Below are positions 1 to 12,758 of a stretch of 64,000 nt of DNA, one piece after another. The notes below the pieces were generated by a model. The model was not told where the DNA came from, made no database searches, and saw only the letters and a program-made list of their open reading frames with translations. Positions within the stretch are counted from its first letter, which is position 1, and every line of letters starts with the position of its first letter. The translations under genes and the position numbers were made by a program. Source of the DNA: Octopus vulgaris (Eukaryota); assembly GCA_951406725.2 (NCBI GenBank), contig OX597826.1, forward strand, positions 49,414,001 through 49,478,000. Reading direction: 5' to 3'.

Positions 1-39
<39 letters not shown>

Positions 40-40
40 T

Positions 41-205
41 ACGACGGGCTTCTTTCAGTTTCCGTCTACCAAATCCACTCACAAGGTTTTGGTCAGCCCG
101 AGGCTATAGTAGAAGACACTTGCCCAAGGTGCCACACAGTGGGACTGAACCCGGAACCATGTGGTTGATAGACAAGCTACTTACCACACAGCCACTCCTG
201 CGCCT
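41..205 (-). mobile_element. tRNA-derived SINE family A, 5' half
   Basis: Reverse complement of the head of the full copy at 3162-3635 (GTGGCTGTGTGGTAAG A-box-like, GGTTCAGTCCC B-box-like, GGCACCTTGGGCAAG); runs into (TA)n at the window start. Confidence 0.85.
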
Positions 206-284
206 ACGTCAATATATTTTATACTCGATATTTCTCATGTTTTGGTTATGAATGGATACCACAAGTAAGTTCTACATTTAGTCG

Positions 285-445
285 TGGCGGGTGGCTGTGT
301 GGCAAGAAGTTTGCTTTTCAGTCACACGGTTCCGGGTTCTGTCCTTCTGCGTGGTACCTTAGGCAAATGTCTTCTACTATAACCTCGACCCGACAAATTT
401 CTTGTGAGTCGATTTAGTTAGCAGAAACTGAAAGAAGCCCGTTGT
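285..445 (+). mobile_element. SINE family A, diverged 5' half
   Basis: GTGGCTGTGTGGCAAGAAG...GGTTCCGGGTTC...GAAACTGAAAGAAGCCCG matches family A head. Confidence 0.75.
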
Positions 446-609
446 ATGCATGTATGTATGTATGTACGTACGTACACACACACACACACACACTTACATA
501 TAGAGTACTGTTCGGTGATGGTAAGATTAAAAATAAGTATTCCATCTGGTGATATACATATACATATACATACATATACATATACATACATATACATATA
601 CATACAGGG

Positions 610-828
610 ACGCCATGATAGATCGTTATCTACTACACACATTTTTTTCTCTCCTTGTTTCTCTCCTTGTTTCTCTCCTTGTTTTTTTCTGTGTATCTTT
701 CTGTCGAAGAGCGTAGGCTCGAAACATAAAAGACTTTTTCTATTCCTGAGTGCTATACTAATACATTTGTTTGTTTGTACTCCACCTGCCTTCGTCTTTT
801 GTTTATTTTCGTAAACTTCTCCTTTACA
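610..828 (+). mobile_element. Short non-autonomous PLE-type element (pLTR-like) with minimal hammerhead motif
   Basis: Near-identical to 56057-56245; ends at (TA)n; contains the HHR-like motif at 696-733. Confidence 0.7.
696..733 (+). ncRNA. Minimal type I hammerhead-like motif (variant core)
   Basis: TCTTT-CTGTCGA-A-GAGC-GTAG-GCTC-GAAA-CATA-AAAGA: stem I TCTTT/AAAGA, stem II GAGC/GCTC; stem III mutated from CGTA. Confidence 0.6.
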
Positions 829-849
829 CATATATATATATATAATTCA

Positions 850-1025
850 AATTTGCAGAAAACAACAGACGAAGACAGGTAAAGGAACAACAAACAGGTA
901 TGTTAATTTAACGCTCGGGAAAAATGGAAAAGTCTTTGACGTTCTGTACCTATGCTTCGACAGAAAGGATTAAGAGGAAAAACCCAAAGAGAATGGAATA
1001 AAAAGGAGAGAGAAATGTATAGGGA
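850..1025 (-). mobile_element. Diverged copy of the short HHR element
   Basis: Minus strand reads CTTT-CTGTCGAAGCATAGGTACAGAACGTC-AAAG (~932-968); resembles 58110-58313; tail-to-tail with 610-828 across (TA)n. Confidence 0.55.
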
Positions 1026-1029
1026 TTAA

Positions 1030-1420
1030 TAACCCACAACCTCACCCCCAACCCACACCTCACCTCTGCATCCCCCACCCTCACATCCCTCACACCCCAA
1101 CACCATCACACCACGCCACATCATGCCACACCGCACCACACACAACCACACCGCGCCACACACCACCACACCACAACACAACATACCACTCCACAACACC
1201 ACATCACCACACCCAAACCACACCACACCATCACACCACAAAACAACACACAACACACTATACATCACCGACCACACCACACCACCCCGCACATACTAGC
1301 ACTGACCACTTCCCAGCATCCACACCATCATCCACACACCTACACATGCACACCCCCACACATCAAGGTCACCAGCTCATATCCACACGCACACACACGC
1401 TCTCACATACACAAGCACTC
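1030..1420. repeat. CA/CAC-rich low-complexity tract
   Basis: Degenerate (CACAC/CACCA)n. Confidence 0.8.
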
Positions 1421-1737
1421 GCACCTTCGTTTTTCGGATCACCACTCCTTTATTATCTCCCCCTCTTCCTAGCTCTCCTGTCTGACCACGTCTGCCCGGC
1501 CATCGCTCAGTCAAGTTCCAGATCATCTTTGCAGTTTCAGCTGGTTATACTCGAGACTGCTCAATTTTTTGCCAGCCCCAAGGAAAAAAAATGGAGAAAT
1601 GGTGCAGAAATACAAATGCAAACAACAGGACATTAACAACAGGTGTCTTTCGACTAAGGACGAATTAAATAATTAAGCTGGTGTGTGTGAGGGACATAAG
1701 TGATGACAGGCATGGGAAGGAATATAGATGTTACACG

Positions 1738-1807
<70 letters not shown>

Positions 1808-3161
1808 CGTGTGTGTGTCTTTGTGTCTTTGTCCCCCGCCACTGCTTTACAACTGGTGTTGACGTGTTTATGTAACCGTAACTTAGTGGTTCGGCAAAGA
1901 AACCGATAGAATAAGTAACAGGCTTTAAAAGAAATGAAGTACTGGGGTTGATGCACTCTTCAATGCGGTGCCTCAGTATGGTCGCAGTCTAATAAGCTTA
2001 AACAAATATAATATAAAAGATACTATAATATATAACAGATTGCAATGTTATAATTTAACCCCAAGACAACCCTGAACGTATAACTTTGCGATCAAAGGTA
2101 ATCCCACCGTGGTCATTCCGTCTCTGAATTCAATTATACTCTATAGAGAAATATATAATCGTACATTGCTTAGGTTGGGTAGCCAAGGATGAGCTCCTGG
2201 TGTACCCCGAAATAAATCTATTGGTTGTCCACAAAGTCATTAGATAAATAGAAACATTTATTAAAATCACAACATTAACGGCAGTTTGAAACGTGAACAT
2301 AACATTAATAAAACTATTAATATCTTTTATCTGTTATCTTTTACTCGTTTCAGTGTGGAGGTGCAATGGCCCAGTGCTTAGGGAAGCGGACTCGTGATCG
2401 TTGGATCGCGGTTTCGATTCCCAGACCGGGCGTTCTGAGTGTTTATTAATACACCACACAAACACGCAACACAGATTATTGATGTATGAGTATGTGTGGG
2501 CGTGTATGTCTTTGTATGTATGTATGTATGTATGTCTTTGTATGTATGTATGATCGGTAATTGAAGGATAATTGGGCACGTTTACCTCTATTGTGTGTGT
2601 GTGGGGGGTGTCTTCGTTCTTTTTGCCGTAAATTTCTGTCTTATTGGTGTGCACATACATATACACATCTATAGATGCTTAGATAGATAGATAGATATAT
2701 ATATAGATAGATAGATAGAGAGAGAGATAGAGAGCGATATAGATATGCAGATATACAAACTTCTAAACGCAAAAAGATACTTCAAGAAACTTTAAAATTT
2801 TTCTGTACATTCACTCGATCACCAAACAAGAAATCTCTTATATAGTCTCTGAGTACAATAAAGGATATTAAAGACTGCAAGATATTTTAAGAACGATATA
2901 AAAGCTAAGCAGCGCAAGAGGAAAGGATAATAATAAAAAAAAAACAACATAACAACAAAATATCAAACAGCATTTTCCTAATCTCTGATATCTTGCAATA
3001 GACATGTCAGGTGAACAAGAGGGAGAAATTGGATGACATCAAACTAATTACTGTTGTTGTTCTTGTTATTGCTGATGTTGTTCGCACATAAAAAAACTTC
3101 AATGGTTTTTATGTTCCTCCTTAATCCCGCCATTAGTGCGCTTTTGATGAATAATTTGTTT

Positions 3162-3323
3162 CAGGAGTGGCTGTGTGGTAAGTAGTTTGCTAACCAACCA
3201 CATGGTTCCGGGTTCAGTCCCACTGCGTGGCACCTTGGGCAAGTGTCTTCTGCTATAGCCCCCGGGCCGACCAATGCCTTGTGAGTAGATTTGGTAGACG
3301 GAAACTGAAAGAAGCCTGTCGTA

Positions 3324-3410
<87 letters not shown>

Positions 3411-3635
3411 ATATGTTTGTGTGTCTGTGTTTGTCCCTCTAGCATTGCTTGACAACCGATGCTGGTGTGTTTACGTCCCCGTTACTTAGCGGTTCGGCAA
3501 AAGAGACCGATAGAATAAGTACTGGGCTTACAAAGAATAAGTCCCGGGGTCGATTTGCTCGACTAAAGGCGGTGCTCCAGCATGGCCGCAGTCAAATGAC
3601 TGAAACAAGTAAAAGAGTAAAAGAGTAAAAGAGTA
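3162..3635 (+). mobile_element. Full-length SINE family A with internal (TA)n/(TG)n microsatellite
   Basis: tRNA-like head, internal microsatellite 3322-3410, 3' body ending GACTGAAACAAGT(AAAAGAGT)n; roughly 20 full or partial copies in the window. Confidence 0.9.
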
Positions 3636-3817
3636 TTTCTACAGTTAAAAAAGATAAATCATAACACTAATTGTTTATATTAAAGTGACGATAGAGGCTA
3701 GAATATGCTGCAATCGTTGCTTGGTTTTTGCGCGATGTGGATTTGGTAAATGAAAACATATTTCGTTGTACGTGCGAATAATAACTGAAGCAAAACCATT
3801 GAACATTTAACTGAAAT

Positions 3818-4204
3818 GGATGGAAGCACTCCGTCGGTTACGATGACGAGGGTTCCGGTTGATCCGATCAACGGAACAGCCTGCTCGTGAAATTAACGTG
3901 TAAGTGGCTGAGCACTCCACAGACACGTGTACCCTTAACGTAGCTCTCGGGGATATTCAGCGTGACACTGAGAGTGACAAGGCCGGCCCTTTGAAATACA
4001 GGTACAACAGAAACAGGAAGTAAGAGTGAGAGAAAGTTGTGGTGAAAGAGTACAGCAGGGATCACCACCATCCCTGCCGGAGCCTCGTGGAGCTTTAGGT
4101 GTTTTCGCTCAATAAACACTCACAACGCCCGGTCTGGGAATCGAAACCGCGATCCTACGACCGCGAGTCCGCTGCCCTAATCACTGGGCCATTGCGCCTC
4201 CACG
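3818..4204 (-). mobile_element. Young full-length tRNA-derived SINE family B with 12-bp TSD
   Basis: Head GGAGGCGCAATGGCCCAGTG...GGTTTCGATTCCC; TSD TTTAACTGAAAT at 3806-3817 and 4205-4216; partial second head at 2354-2448 (+). Confidence 0.9.
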
Positions 4205-4727
4205 TTTAACTGAAATATTTATTGCCAGACACAAGGACATTTACAGTTTATAACATTAACAATTACTGACTGGGAGAGAGAGAGGAAAACCTCACATCAG
4301 TAGAATTTACTTATGAAACTGTGTGAATGTCCAGTTCGGTTTGTCCAAGAACTTGGAGATGTCTGTATGAATGTTTTATAAGGCGGTGCCCCAGCATAGC
4401 GGCAGTCCAATGACTGAAACAGATAAAAGATAAACGTCTGGAACTGTTTGATGATAAGAATGGAAGCGCATGCTACTCATTCACTTTCAGCATTCTGCAA
4501 TTAAAAAGCCTGTTGTCAAACTTCCAACAAAGGGACCTTGGATCTAGGTTAGAAACCGGCTCTTTCTCTATTGGTAAGAAATTTTGAAATAGAACTGAAC
4601 AATGACATACATACATACGTACACGCACATATACGAATATACATTCATACACATACATACATATATACATACATATACACATACATACATACGTATATAC
4701 GCATCACACTCGCATACGTATCTCTTT

Positions 4728-4946
4728 CTCTTTTACTTGTTTCAGTCATTTGACTGCGGCCATGCTGGAGCACCACCTTTAGTCGAGCAAATCGACCCCG
4801 GGACTTATTCTTTGTAAGCCTAGTACTTATTCTATCGGTCTCTTTTGCCGAACAGCTAAGTGACGGGGACGTAAACACACCAGCATCGGTTGTCAAGCAA
4901 TGCTAGAGGGACAAACACAAACACACAAACATATACACACAAATAC

Positions 4947-5014
<68 letters not shown>

Positions 5015-5168
5015 GACAGGCTTCTTTCAGTTTCCATCTACCAAATCCACTCACAAGGCTTTGGACGGCCCGAGGCTACAGCAGAAGACACTTGCCCAAG
5101 AAGCCACGCAGTGGGACTGAACCCGGAACCATGTGGTTGGTTAGCAAGCTACTTACCACACAGCCACT
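4728..5168 (-). mobile_element. Full-length SINE family A
   Basis: Reverse complement of 3162-3635 at high identity. Confidence 0.9.
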
Positions 5169-5849
5169 AGCTTTTAATAAATATTTCACAGTTAACTTGA
5201 AAAGTACTTAATTATGCCATCAAATTAACAAGAATGTTCTTTAGTAAAAAAAATTTTTAAAAAACTATATGGAGCTTGGAGCAACTTGTTAGCGAAAATA
5301 GAGAAACTCGCAAAAAGTGTAATTGAGATAAAATTATATTATCTACCACCCAAATCGAGTTACCAGACAAGGTCATTGTTCCCGTCAGTCAACTAAGCAT
5401 TGCCATGTTGTTGAGTGCTTCATCAGATGTTGTGACCGGTTCAAGGCCGTTTATATACGGCATGAATCGACGAAACTGACGAAAGTCGTTAAGTAAATAC
5501 TAATGAATTACTAACTGGTAAAAACAATGACGTTTTTCGGTGACTTGGTATAGACTGCAGATATTGTAATTCTATATAACTAGAATTTGGTTTTTTTTTG
5601 GAGTGTCACTTGGTTTGGTGCACGCGCGCATGTGAGGGTGGGGATTGTATGCGTGAGAATGTATGTGTGTGTGTGTATGCGTGTGTTTGTGTGCGTGTAC
5701 GTGTGTGTGTTTGTGTGAGCGTATGTGTGTGCATGTACGTGTGTATCTATGTATGTCTCAGTATGTTTTAAAGGTAGGAAGAGCATACGCGTATGTGTTT
5801 GCGCATATATATATATATATATATGCTCGGGTTTGTAAGGGAAATACCT

Positions 5850-6202
5850 ATATAAGCATTTTTAGAGATGTAAAGTATAATACCCATCTCAATATGGCTA
5901 ACCACAAAGGGGGGGGGTGTTACTGTAGCTTTTTACGTTCTGAGATTTAATAATACATTTTTAGAGAGTTACTTCCCTTATATATGCCAAAAATGCATTA
6001 AAAATGGAAAAAATTGATGGTAATTTTTTTTAAAATCGTAGACTCATCGTAGACGCGCGCTAATACCCAGAAGGGCTGGATATGAATCACGACTATAAGA
6101 TACCCAGTTTTGGTTAAACTGCACAGCAAAATGTGGGAGTAGTTAGGAATCTAAATCGTAGGAGACAGACAGCACACAACCTTACTTTTATATATAAAGA
6201 TA
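5850..6202 (+). mobile_element. Probable Helentron/DINE-1-like non-autonomous element, 3' part
   Basis: Ends ...GGAGACAGACAGCACACAAC...TTTTATATATAAAGAT, resembling this class's terminus. Confidence 0.4.
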
Positions 6203-6274
6203 TGTATGCATGTATGTATGTATGCATGCATGTGTGTGCGTGTGTATAAGTGTGTGCGTGTATATAAATATTTT

Positions 6275-6527
6275 TTCTTTTATTTGTTTCAGTCATTTGA
6301 TTGCGACCACGCTGGAGCACCGACTTTAGTCGAACAAATCGACACATGGACACACACACATACGACGGGCTTCTTTCAGTTTCCGTCTACCAAATCTACT
6401 CACAAAGCTTTGGTCGGACCGAGGCTATAGTAGAAGACACTTGATCAAGGTGCCACACAGTGGGACTGAACTCGGAACCATATGGTTGGGAAGCAAGCTT
6501 CTTATCGCACAGCCACTCCTGCACCTA
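6275..6527 (-). mobile_element. SINE family A, internally deleted
   Basis: Head and tail both match family A; middle missing. Confidence 0.8.
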
Positions 6528-7018
6528 TGTATGTATGTATGCATGTATGCATGTATGTATGTATGTATGTATGTATGTATGTATGTATGTATGTATGTAT
6601 GTATGTATGTATGTATGTATTTGTGTATTTTTAAAGTTGCATTTCGTTTTCGGCATCTTTTTCTAATATAATATCAAATGAAAGTATACCGGTCGAAAAA
6701 GCTCATTTGGAGGGCATTAGACTGAACACTTAAAGGTCGCTGGATGAAACCCGCATTTCAGCATCTGGTTCCTCGACTGCTTTCTTCTTCGTTCTTCATA
6801 TTCTATTTTCGTTCAAATTTTAATTTAAGGCCTGAAAGACTTTTCTTTTCAATGATTTCATTTCCGTTCATTTCATCTCGGATTCGACCCCACTTTCATT
6901 TCAGGTCCCAGTTATTCCATGTAAATTCTCCGTCTAACATTAGATCAATAATATTATATTGCATCAAATTCCTGGGGCTGCCTACCATTTTCATGGTGCA
7001 CGCATGGCTGTGTGGATG

Positions 7019-7473
7019 GCGCAGGCATCGATGTGTTGTAAGAAAATTACTTCCCAACCACATGGTTCCGGGTTCGGTGCTGCTGCGTAGCACCTTGAAC
7101 AAATATCGTCTTCTATAGTCTCTTGTCGATCAAAACCTTGTGAGTGGACTTAGTAGACGGAAACTGAAAGAAGCCTGTTGCTTGTATGTGTGTGAGTGCG
7201 TGCGTATGCGCGTGTTTGTGTGTGTATGCATGTACGTATATGTGCGTCTTTGTTCGTATGTGTGTATGTATGTGTTTGTGTATCTGTGTTTGTCCCCCTA
7301 GCATCACTTGACAACCGATGGTGGTGTGTTTACGTCCCTGTAATTTAGCGCTTCGGCAATAGAGACGGATGGAATAAGCACTAGGCTTTAAAAAATGTAC
7401 TGGACTCGATTTGTTCGACTAAAAAATTCTTCAAGGCATTGCCCCAGCACGACCGCAGTCAAATGACTGAAAC
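7019..7473 (+). mobile_element. SINE family A, diverged full-length
   Basis: Head, internal (TG/TATG) tract and tail ...GCAGTCAAATGACTGAAAC. Confidence 0.8.
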
Positions 7474-7497
7474 GTCAAACGGATACTCGACAGGTAT

Positions 7498-7572
<75 letters not shown>

Positions 7573-7657
7573 ATACTCGTATAGATAGATGTGTGTATGC
7601 ATTTACTCTTTTGCTTGACCAGACATTAGACTTGCAGCCATGCTGGGGTATCGCCTC

Positions 7658-7690
<33 letters not shown>

Positions 7691-8144
7691 TGCGTGCATA
7701 ATGTTACTTTTTTCATTTCAAATATCTTTGTCTTGTCTTGCAATCATTTCTTTGCCACCGATAACGTACTTATGTCGTATACCTACAGACCTTCACCACA
7801 CATCCGTTTTCTCTCCTTTCCCATATCCCCCCTCTCTCTCTCTTTAACGTTTCCCTTCTTTCTTTTCACAAACACAGACACACACACACATACACACACA
7901 CATATATGCGTGAATGTGTGTGTGTGGCGGGTTGCAGCATATATACATAATATCTATCAACCTGTGTTTCTATCTACCTGTGTGTATGGGTGGTATGCCG
8001 ATTATATTTCGCGCAATCAAATGTATGGTCACTTCTACTCAACAGTGCCTTAAGAAAACAATGACGGAGTGTAAATGAATGGTTTAAATGTTACTTGATA
8101 CCTTTCGCTGAATTACATGGTCTATTACTTCAAATGCCCATTTA

Positions 8145-8490
8145 TCTTGCTTCAAAAGGAATTTAATCATGTGTTGGCATACTGAAATTAGTTCCGCTTT
8201 TGTTTTTCCTTATTATTGTAGCGGAGGTGGTGAATGATGTTTATCTGCCGGACAAAGCTTACAACTACTTTGGCCAGTTGTAAATGTTTGTGATGCGACC
8301 AGGATTGCTAATCTAATCTTGTGTTTATCCCTATATCTTTTGATCTCTAAATAAATTTGGAGAGTGACGTGGTATTTTCGGGATGTCACTGACAAATGGA
8401 GTTATGTTTGGAGCTGTCGAGTTTTTAATAGATGCTCCTTGAGGCTGGACACGTTATATTGTGGGAAGATCTTAGTATGGGATACAATCT
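8145..8490 (-). pseudogene. Degenerate Penelope-like GIY-YIG endonuclease C-terminus
   Basis: Frameshifted minus-strand translation: ...KTR..KHNS...TTSLSKFI*RSKDIG...ILVASQTFTTGQSSCKLCPADK...KAELISVCQHMIKFLL, matching the PLE pattern T.LSKYIW.LK / CxLC..EK / NKRSELISKCRH..KFLL. Confidence 0.65.
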
Positions 8491-8910
8491 TCTTTTTCTG
8501 TGTATTATCGTTATATAACCCTATAACAATAAGCAATGTAACAAGAGTTGGTTATCCTATTATAAGCGTTCGCACAGTGACAATCCAATACTCCAACGCA
8601 AAGTCTATAACGAGACTAACGCTCTCACAGTTCGACGTCAACTGTCTACTGCCTTAATCTATTTATAAGACGCGCCAAGTCCACCGACAGTCACGTGCGA
8701 GGGTTTCACTTCACTTCACAACAATTATCAAGGAACAGAACCCTATACATAGCTGATTTTGCTCTCGCTTTGATCGTCTTCTGACTCTCGATATCATAAG
8801 ATATGGTTTACATGAATTGATGTTGACGTTTATATTTTTGTACAGATGATGGAATTGTTGACAATTCGAGAAACCTTTGCTTTTAAGGGATATGAAATAT
8901 ATATATATAC

Positions 8911-9068
<158 letters not shown>

Positions 9069-9189
9069 ATATATTTATATATATATATATATATATACAG
9101 AATATACATATAGTATATATATATATATATATGTCAAAAATTTTTTTTTTATTTGAAACCAAGGTATAACCGTAAAAAATAACAAGGTA

Positions 9190-9321
9190 AAAGTTTTTAT
9201 TTTTCATTCCCTTCGAAATTGCTCTTAAATGTGGTTTCGGTCGTTTTGACTGCTTCTTTTAGCATGTATAAGTACCTGTTAAAGGTACTTTTCTCTTGTG
9301 TTTAAATGTACACTATTTTAT

Positions 9322-9325
<4 letters not shown>
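9190..9325 (+). mobile_element. Diverged fragment of the ~487-bp HHR element family
   Basis: TTCCCTTCGAAATTGCTCTTA...CCTGTTAAAGG...TGTACACTATTTTATAT resembles 20200-20261 joined to 19777-19839; flanked by (TA)n. Confidence 0.6.
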
Positions 9326-9382
<57 letters not shown>

Positions 9383-9905
9383 GACAGGCCTCACTGCTAC
9401 CATGCTGAGGCACCGCTTTCAAGAGATTTTTAGCGGAAAGAATCGACTCCAGCACTTATTCTGTCATTCTCTTTCGCTGAACTACTAAGTCCGCGGACGT
9501 AAACGCAGGTTATGAAGCGTTGCTAGGTGGACATATATAGACACAAGGACATGTACAAATCCCCTCTCTTTCTCTCTCTCTCTCCCTCTCACACACACAC
9601 ACATATGATGATCCTGTTTCAGTTTCCATCTATCAAGGCTATACGAAAAGATATGTACCCAAGGTGCCACGCAATTGGATTGAACCCGCAACCATGTGGT
9701 TGAGAAGCAAGCAATCACATGAATATATATGTATATAACATAATTTACATATGCATAACGCGTACGTACCTACATACATACATACACACGCATGCACACA
9801 CTCTCTCACACACACACACACACACGCACAAGCATGCACGCACACACATACACACACACATACACAAACACATATATATATATAGGTATATATTTATGTA
9901 TGTAC

Positions 9906-9949
<44 letters not shown>

Positions 9950-9970
9950 TATATTGATGTATGTACATAA

Positions 9971-10007
<37 letters not shown>

Positions 10008-10249
10008 GTTATATGCATAAGGGATCACACGCACTTGCATACACACATTATTTTTTTATTTTTATTAAAGAAACTAAAGTTAAACCGTTAATGTTGCCAA
10101 ATGTTCCAAGTCGTCAGAAACTCGTGGTATAAAGGGCATTTATTAACTAACAGGATATATGTGTAAGCCTTTATAATCCGGAATTACATGACAAATATGA
10201 TTGGTGCACAGAGAGAATATCATTGCTGAAATGAACGTGTGACATGCAC

Positions 10250-12110
10250 CCTCTTTGGTCTTTTCGGCACCGTCATTCATATCTGTCGGCACACCTCTTT
10301 GATCTCTGTCGGCACCCTCTTTGATCACTTTCGGCACGCTCGTTGATCTCTGTCGGCACGCTCTTTGATGTCTGTCGGCACGCTCTTTGATCTATGTCGG
10401 CACCCTCTTTGATCTCTTTCGGCACACCACTTTGATGTCTGTCTGCACACTCTTTGATCTCTGTCGGCACACCTCTTTGATCTCTATCGACACGCTCTTT
10501 GATCCCTGTCGGCACCCTCTTTGATCCCTGTCGGCACCCTCTTTGATCCCTGTCGGCACGCTCTTGATCTCTGTCGGCATACCTCTTTGATGTCTGTCGG
10601 CACGCTCTTTGATCTCTGTCGGCACACCTCTTTGATGTCTGTCGGCACGCTCTTTGATCTCTGTCGACACACCTCTTTGATGTTTGTCGGCACGCTCTTT
10701 GATCTCTGTCGACACGCTCTTTGATACCTGTCGGCACCCTCTTTGATCCCTGTCGGCACGCTCTTGATCTCTGTCGGCACACCTCTTTGATGTCTGTCGG
10801 TACGCTCTTTGATATCTGTCGGCACACCTCTTTGATCTCTGTCGGCACGCTCTTTGATCTCTGTTGGCACCCTCTTTGATCCCTGTCGGCACCCTCTTTG
10901 ATCCCTGTCGGCACGCTCTTTGATCTCTGTCGACACACCTCTTTGATGTCTGTCGGCACGCTCTTTGATCTCTGTCGACACGCTCTTTGATACCTGTCGG
11001 CACCCTCTTTGATCCCTGTCGGCACGCTCTTGATCTCTGTCGGCACACCTCTTTGATGTCTGTCGGTACGCTCTTTGATCTCTGTCGGCACACCTCTTTG
11101 ATCTCTGTCGGCACGCTCTTTGATCTCTGTTGGCACCCTCTTTGATCTCTGTCGGCACCCTCTTTGATTCCTGTCGGCACCCTCTTTGATCCCTGTCGAC
11201 ACACCTCTTTGATATCTGTCGGCACCCTCTTTGATCTCTTTCGGCACGCTCTTTGATCTCTGTCAACACGCTCTTTGATCTCTGTCGGCACCCTCTTTGA
11301 TCTCTTTCGGCACACCACTTTGATGTCTGTCGGCGCGCTCTTTGATCTCTGTCGGCACCCTCTTTGATCTCTGTCGGCACACCTCTTTGATCTCTGTCGA
11401 CACGCTCTTTGATCCCTGTCGGCACGCTCTTTGATCCCTGTCGGCACGCTCTTGATCTCTGTCGGCACACCTCTTTGATGTCTGTCGGCACGCTCTTTGA
11501 TCTCTGTCGGCACACCTCTTTGATGTCTGACGGCACGCTCTTTGATCTCTGTCGACACACCTCTTTGATGTCTGTCGGCACGCTCTTTGATCTCTGTCGG
11601 CACACCTCTTTGATCTCTGTCGGCACTCTCTTTGATCTCTGTCGGCACCCTCTTTGATCTCTGTCGACACCCTCTTTGATCTCTTTCGGCACGCTCTTTG
11701 ATCTCTGTCGGCACCCTCTTTGATCTCTTTCGGCATGCTCTTTGATCTCTATCGGCACCCTCTTTGATCTCTGTCGGCACCCTCTTTGATCTCTTTCGGC
11801 GGGCTTTTTGATCCATGTCGACACGCTCTTTGATCTCTGTCGGCGCGCTCTTTGATCTTTGTCGGCACGCTTTTTGATCTCTGTCGACACGCTCTTTGAT
11901 CTCTGTCGACACGCTCTTTGATCTCTTTCGGCATGCTCTTTGATCTCTGTCGACACGCTCTTTGATCTCTGTCGGCACCCTCTTTGATCTCTTTCGGCAC
12001 GCTCTTTGATCTCTGTCGGCACGCTCTTTGATCTCTGTCGGCACGCTCTTTGATCTCTGTCGGCACGCTTTTTGATCTCTGTCGGCACCCTCTTTGATCT
12101 ATTTCGGCAT
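10250..12110. repeat. Minisatellite, ~22-bp unit (20/22/24-bp variants), ~1.86 kb
   Basis: Consensus CTCTTTGATCTCTGTCGGCAC(G/C) repeated ~80 times; generates the spurious long minus-strand ORFs. Confidence 0.97.
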
Positions 12111-12334
12111 ACGATTGCTACATTACGATTAATCTGGGATTAAAGAATATGCAACAGAAAGTCTGTTGGTGTCTCTAAAAGCTCTAGTTCACTACATAGC
12201 GTAATATCAAAGCTCAACACGGCTTATGTTACATAGTCTCACAAACACAACACTCTAGTTCATTGCACTATGGCTATATCTCATCCTCGATCCTGCTATT
12301 TATCATTCCACGAACTTATTGAAGATAGACAGAG

Positions 12335-12337
<3 letters not shown>

Positions 12338-12413
<76 letters not shown>

Positions 12414-12439
12414 CAGACAGATTGATAGATAGATCGATC

Positions 12440-12509
<70 letters not shown>

Positions 12510-12514
12510 TGGAC

Positions 12515-12553
<39 letters not shown>

Positions 12554-12558
12554 TAGAC

Positions 12559-12634
<76 letters not shown>
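12338..12634. repeat. (GATA)n/(GACA)n microsatellite
   Basis: Direct. Confidence 0.95.
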
Positions 12635-12722
12635 TCATATGCATACACATATACATGTATATGTATGAATATATATAGATAGATATAGATACATATATAT
12701 GTGTGTGTATGTATATATATAT

Positions 12723-12723
<1 letters not shown>

Positions 12724-12758
<35 letters not shown>

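Noticed and set aside
4110-4204. tRNA gene
   Set aside because: tRNA-like head of a SINE with a body, tail and TSD
5405-5435. CTGATGA on the minus strand (also ~42540)
   Set aside because: No matching stem II plus GAAA downstream
10273-12088. Long ORFs of 324-550 aa, or a CRISPR-like array
   Set aside because: Translations of a minisatellite lacking stops on one strand; units abut with no unique spacers and there are no cas genes
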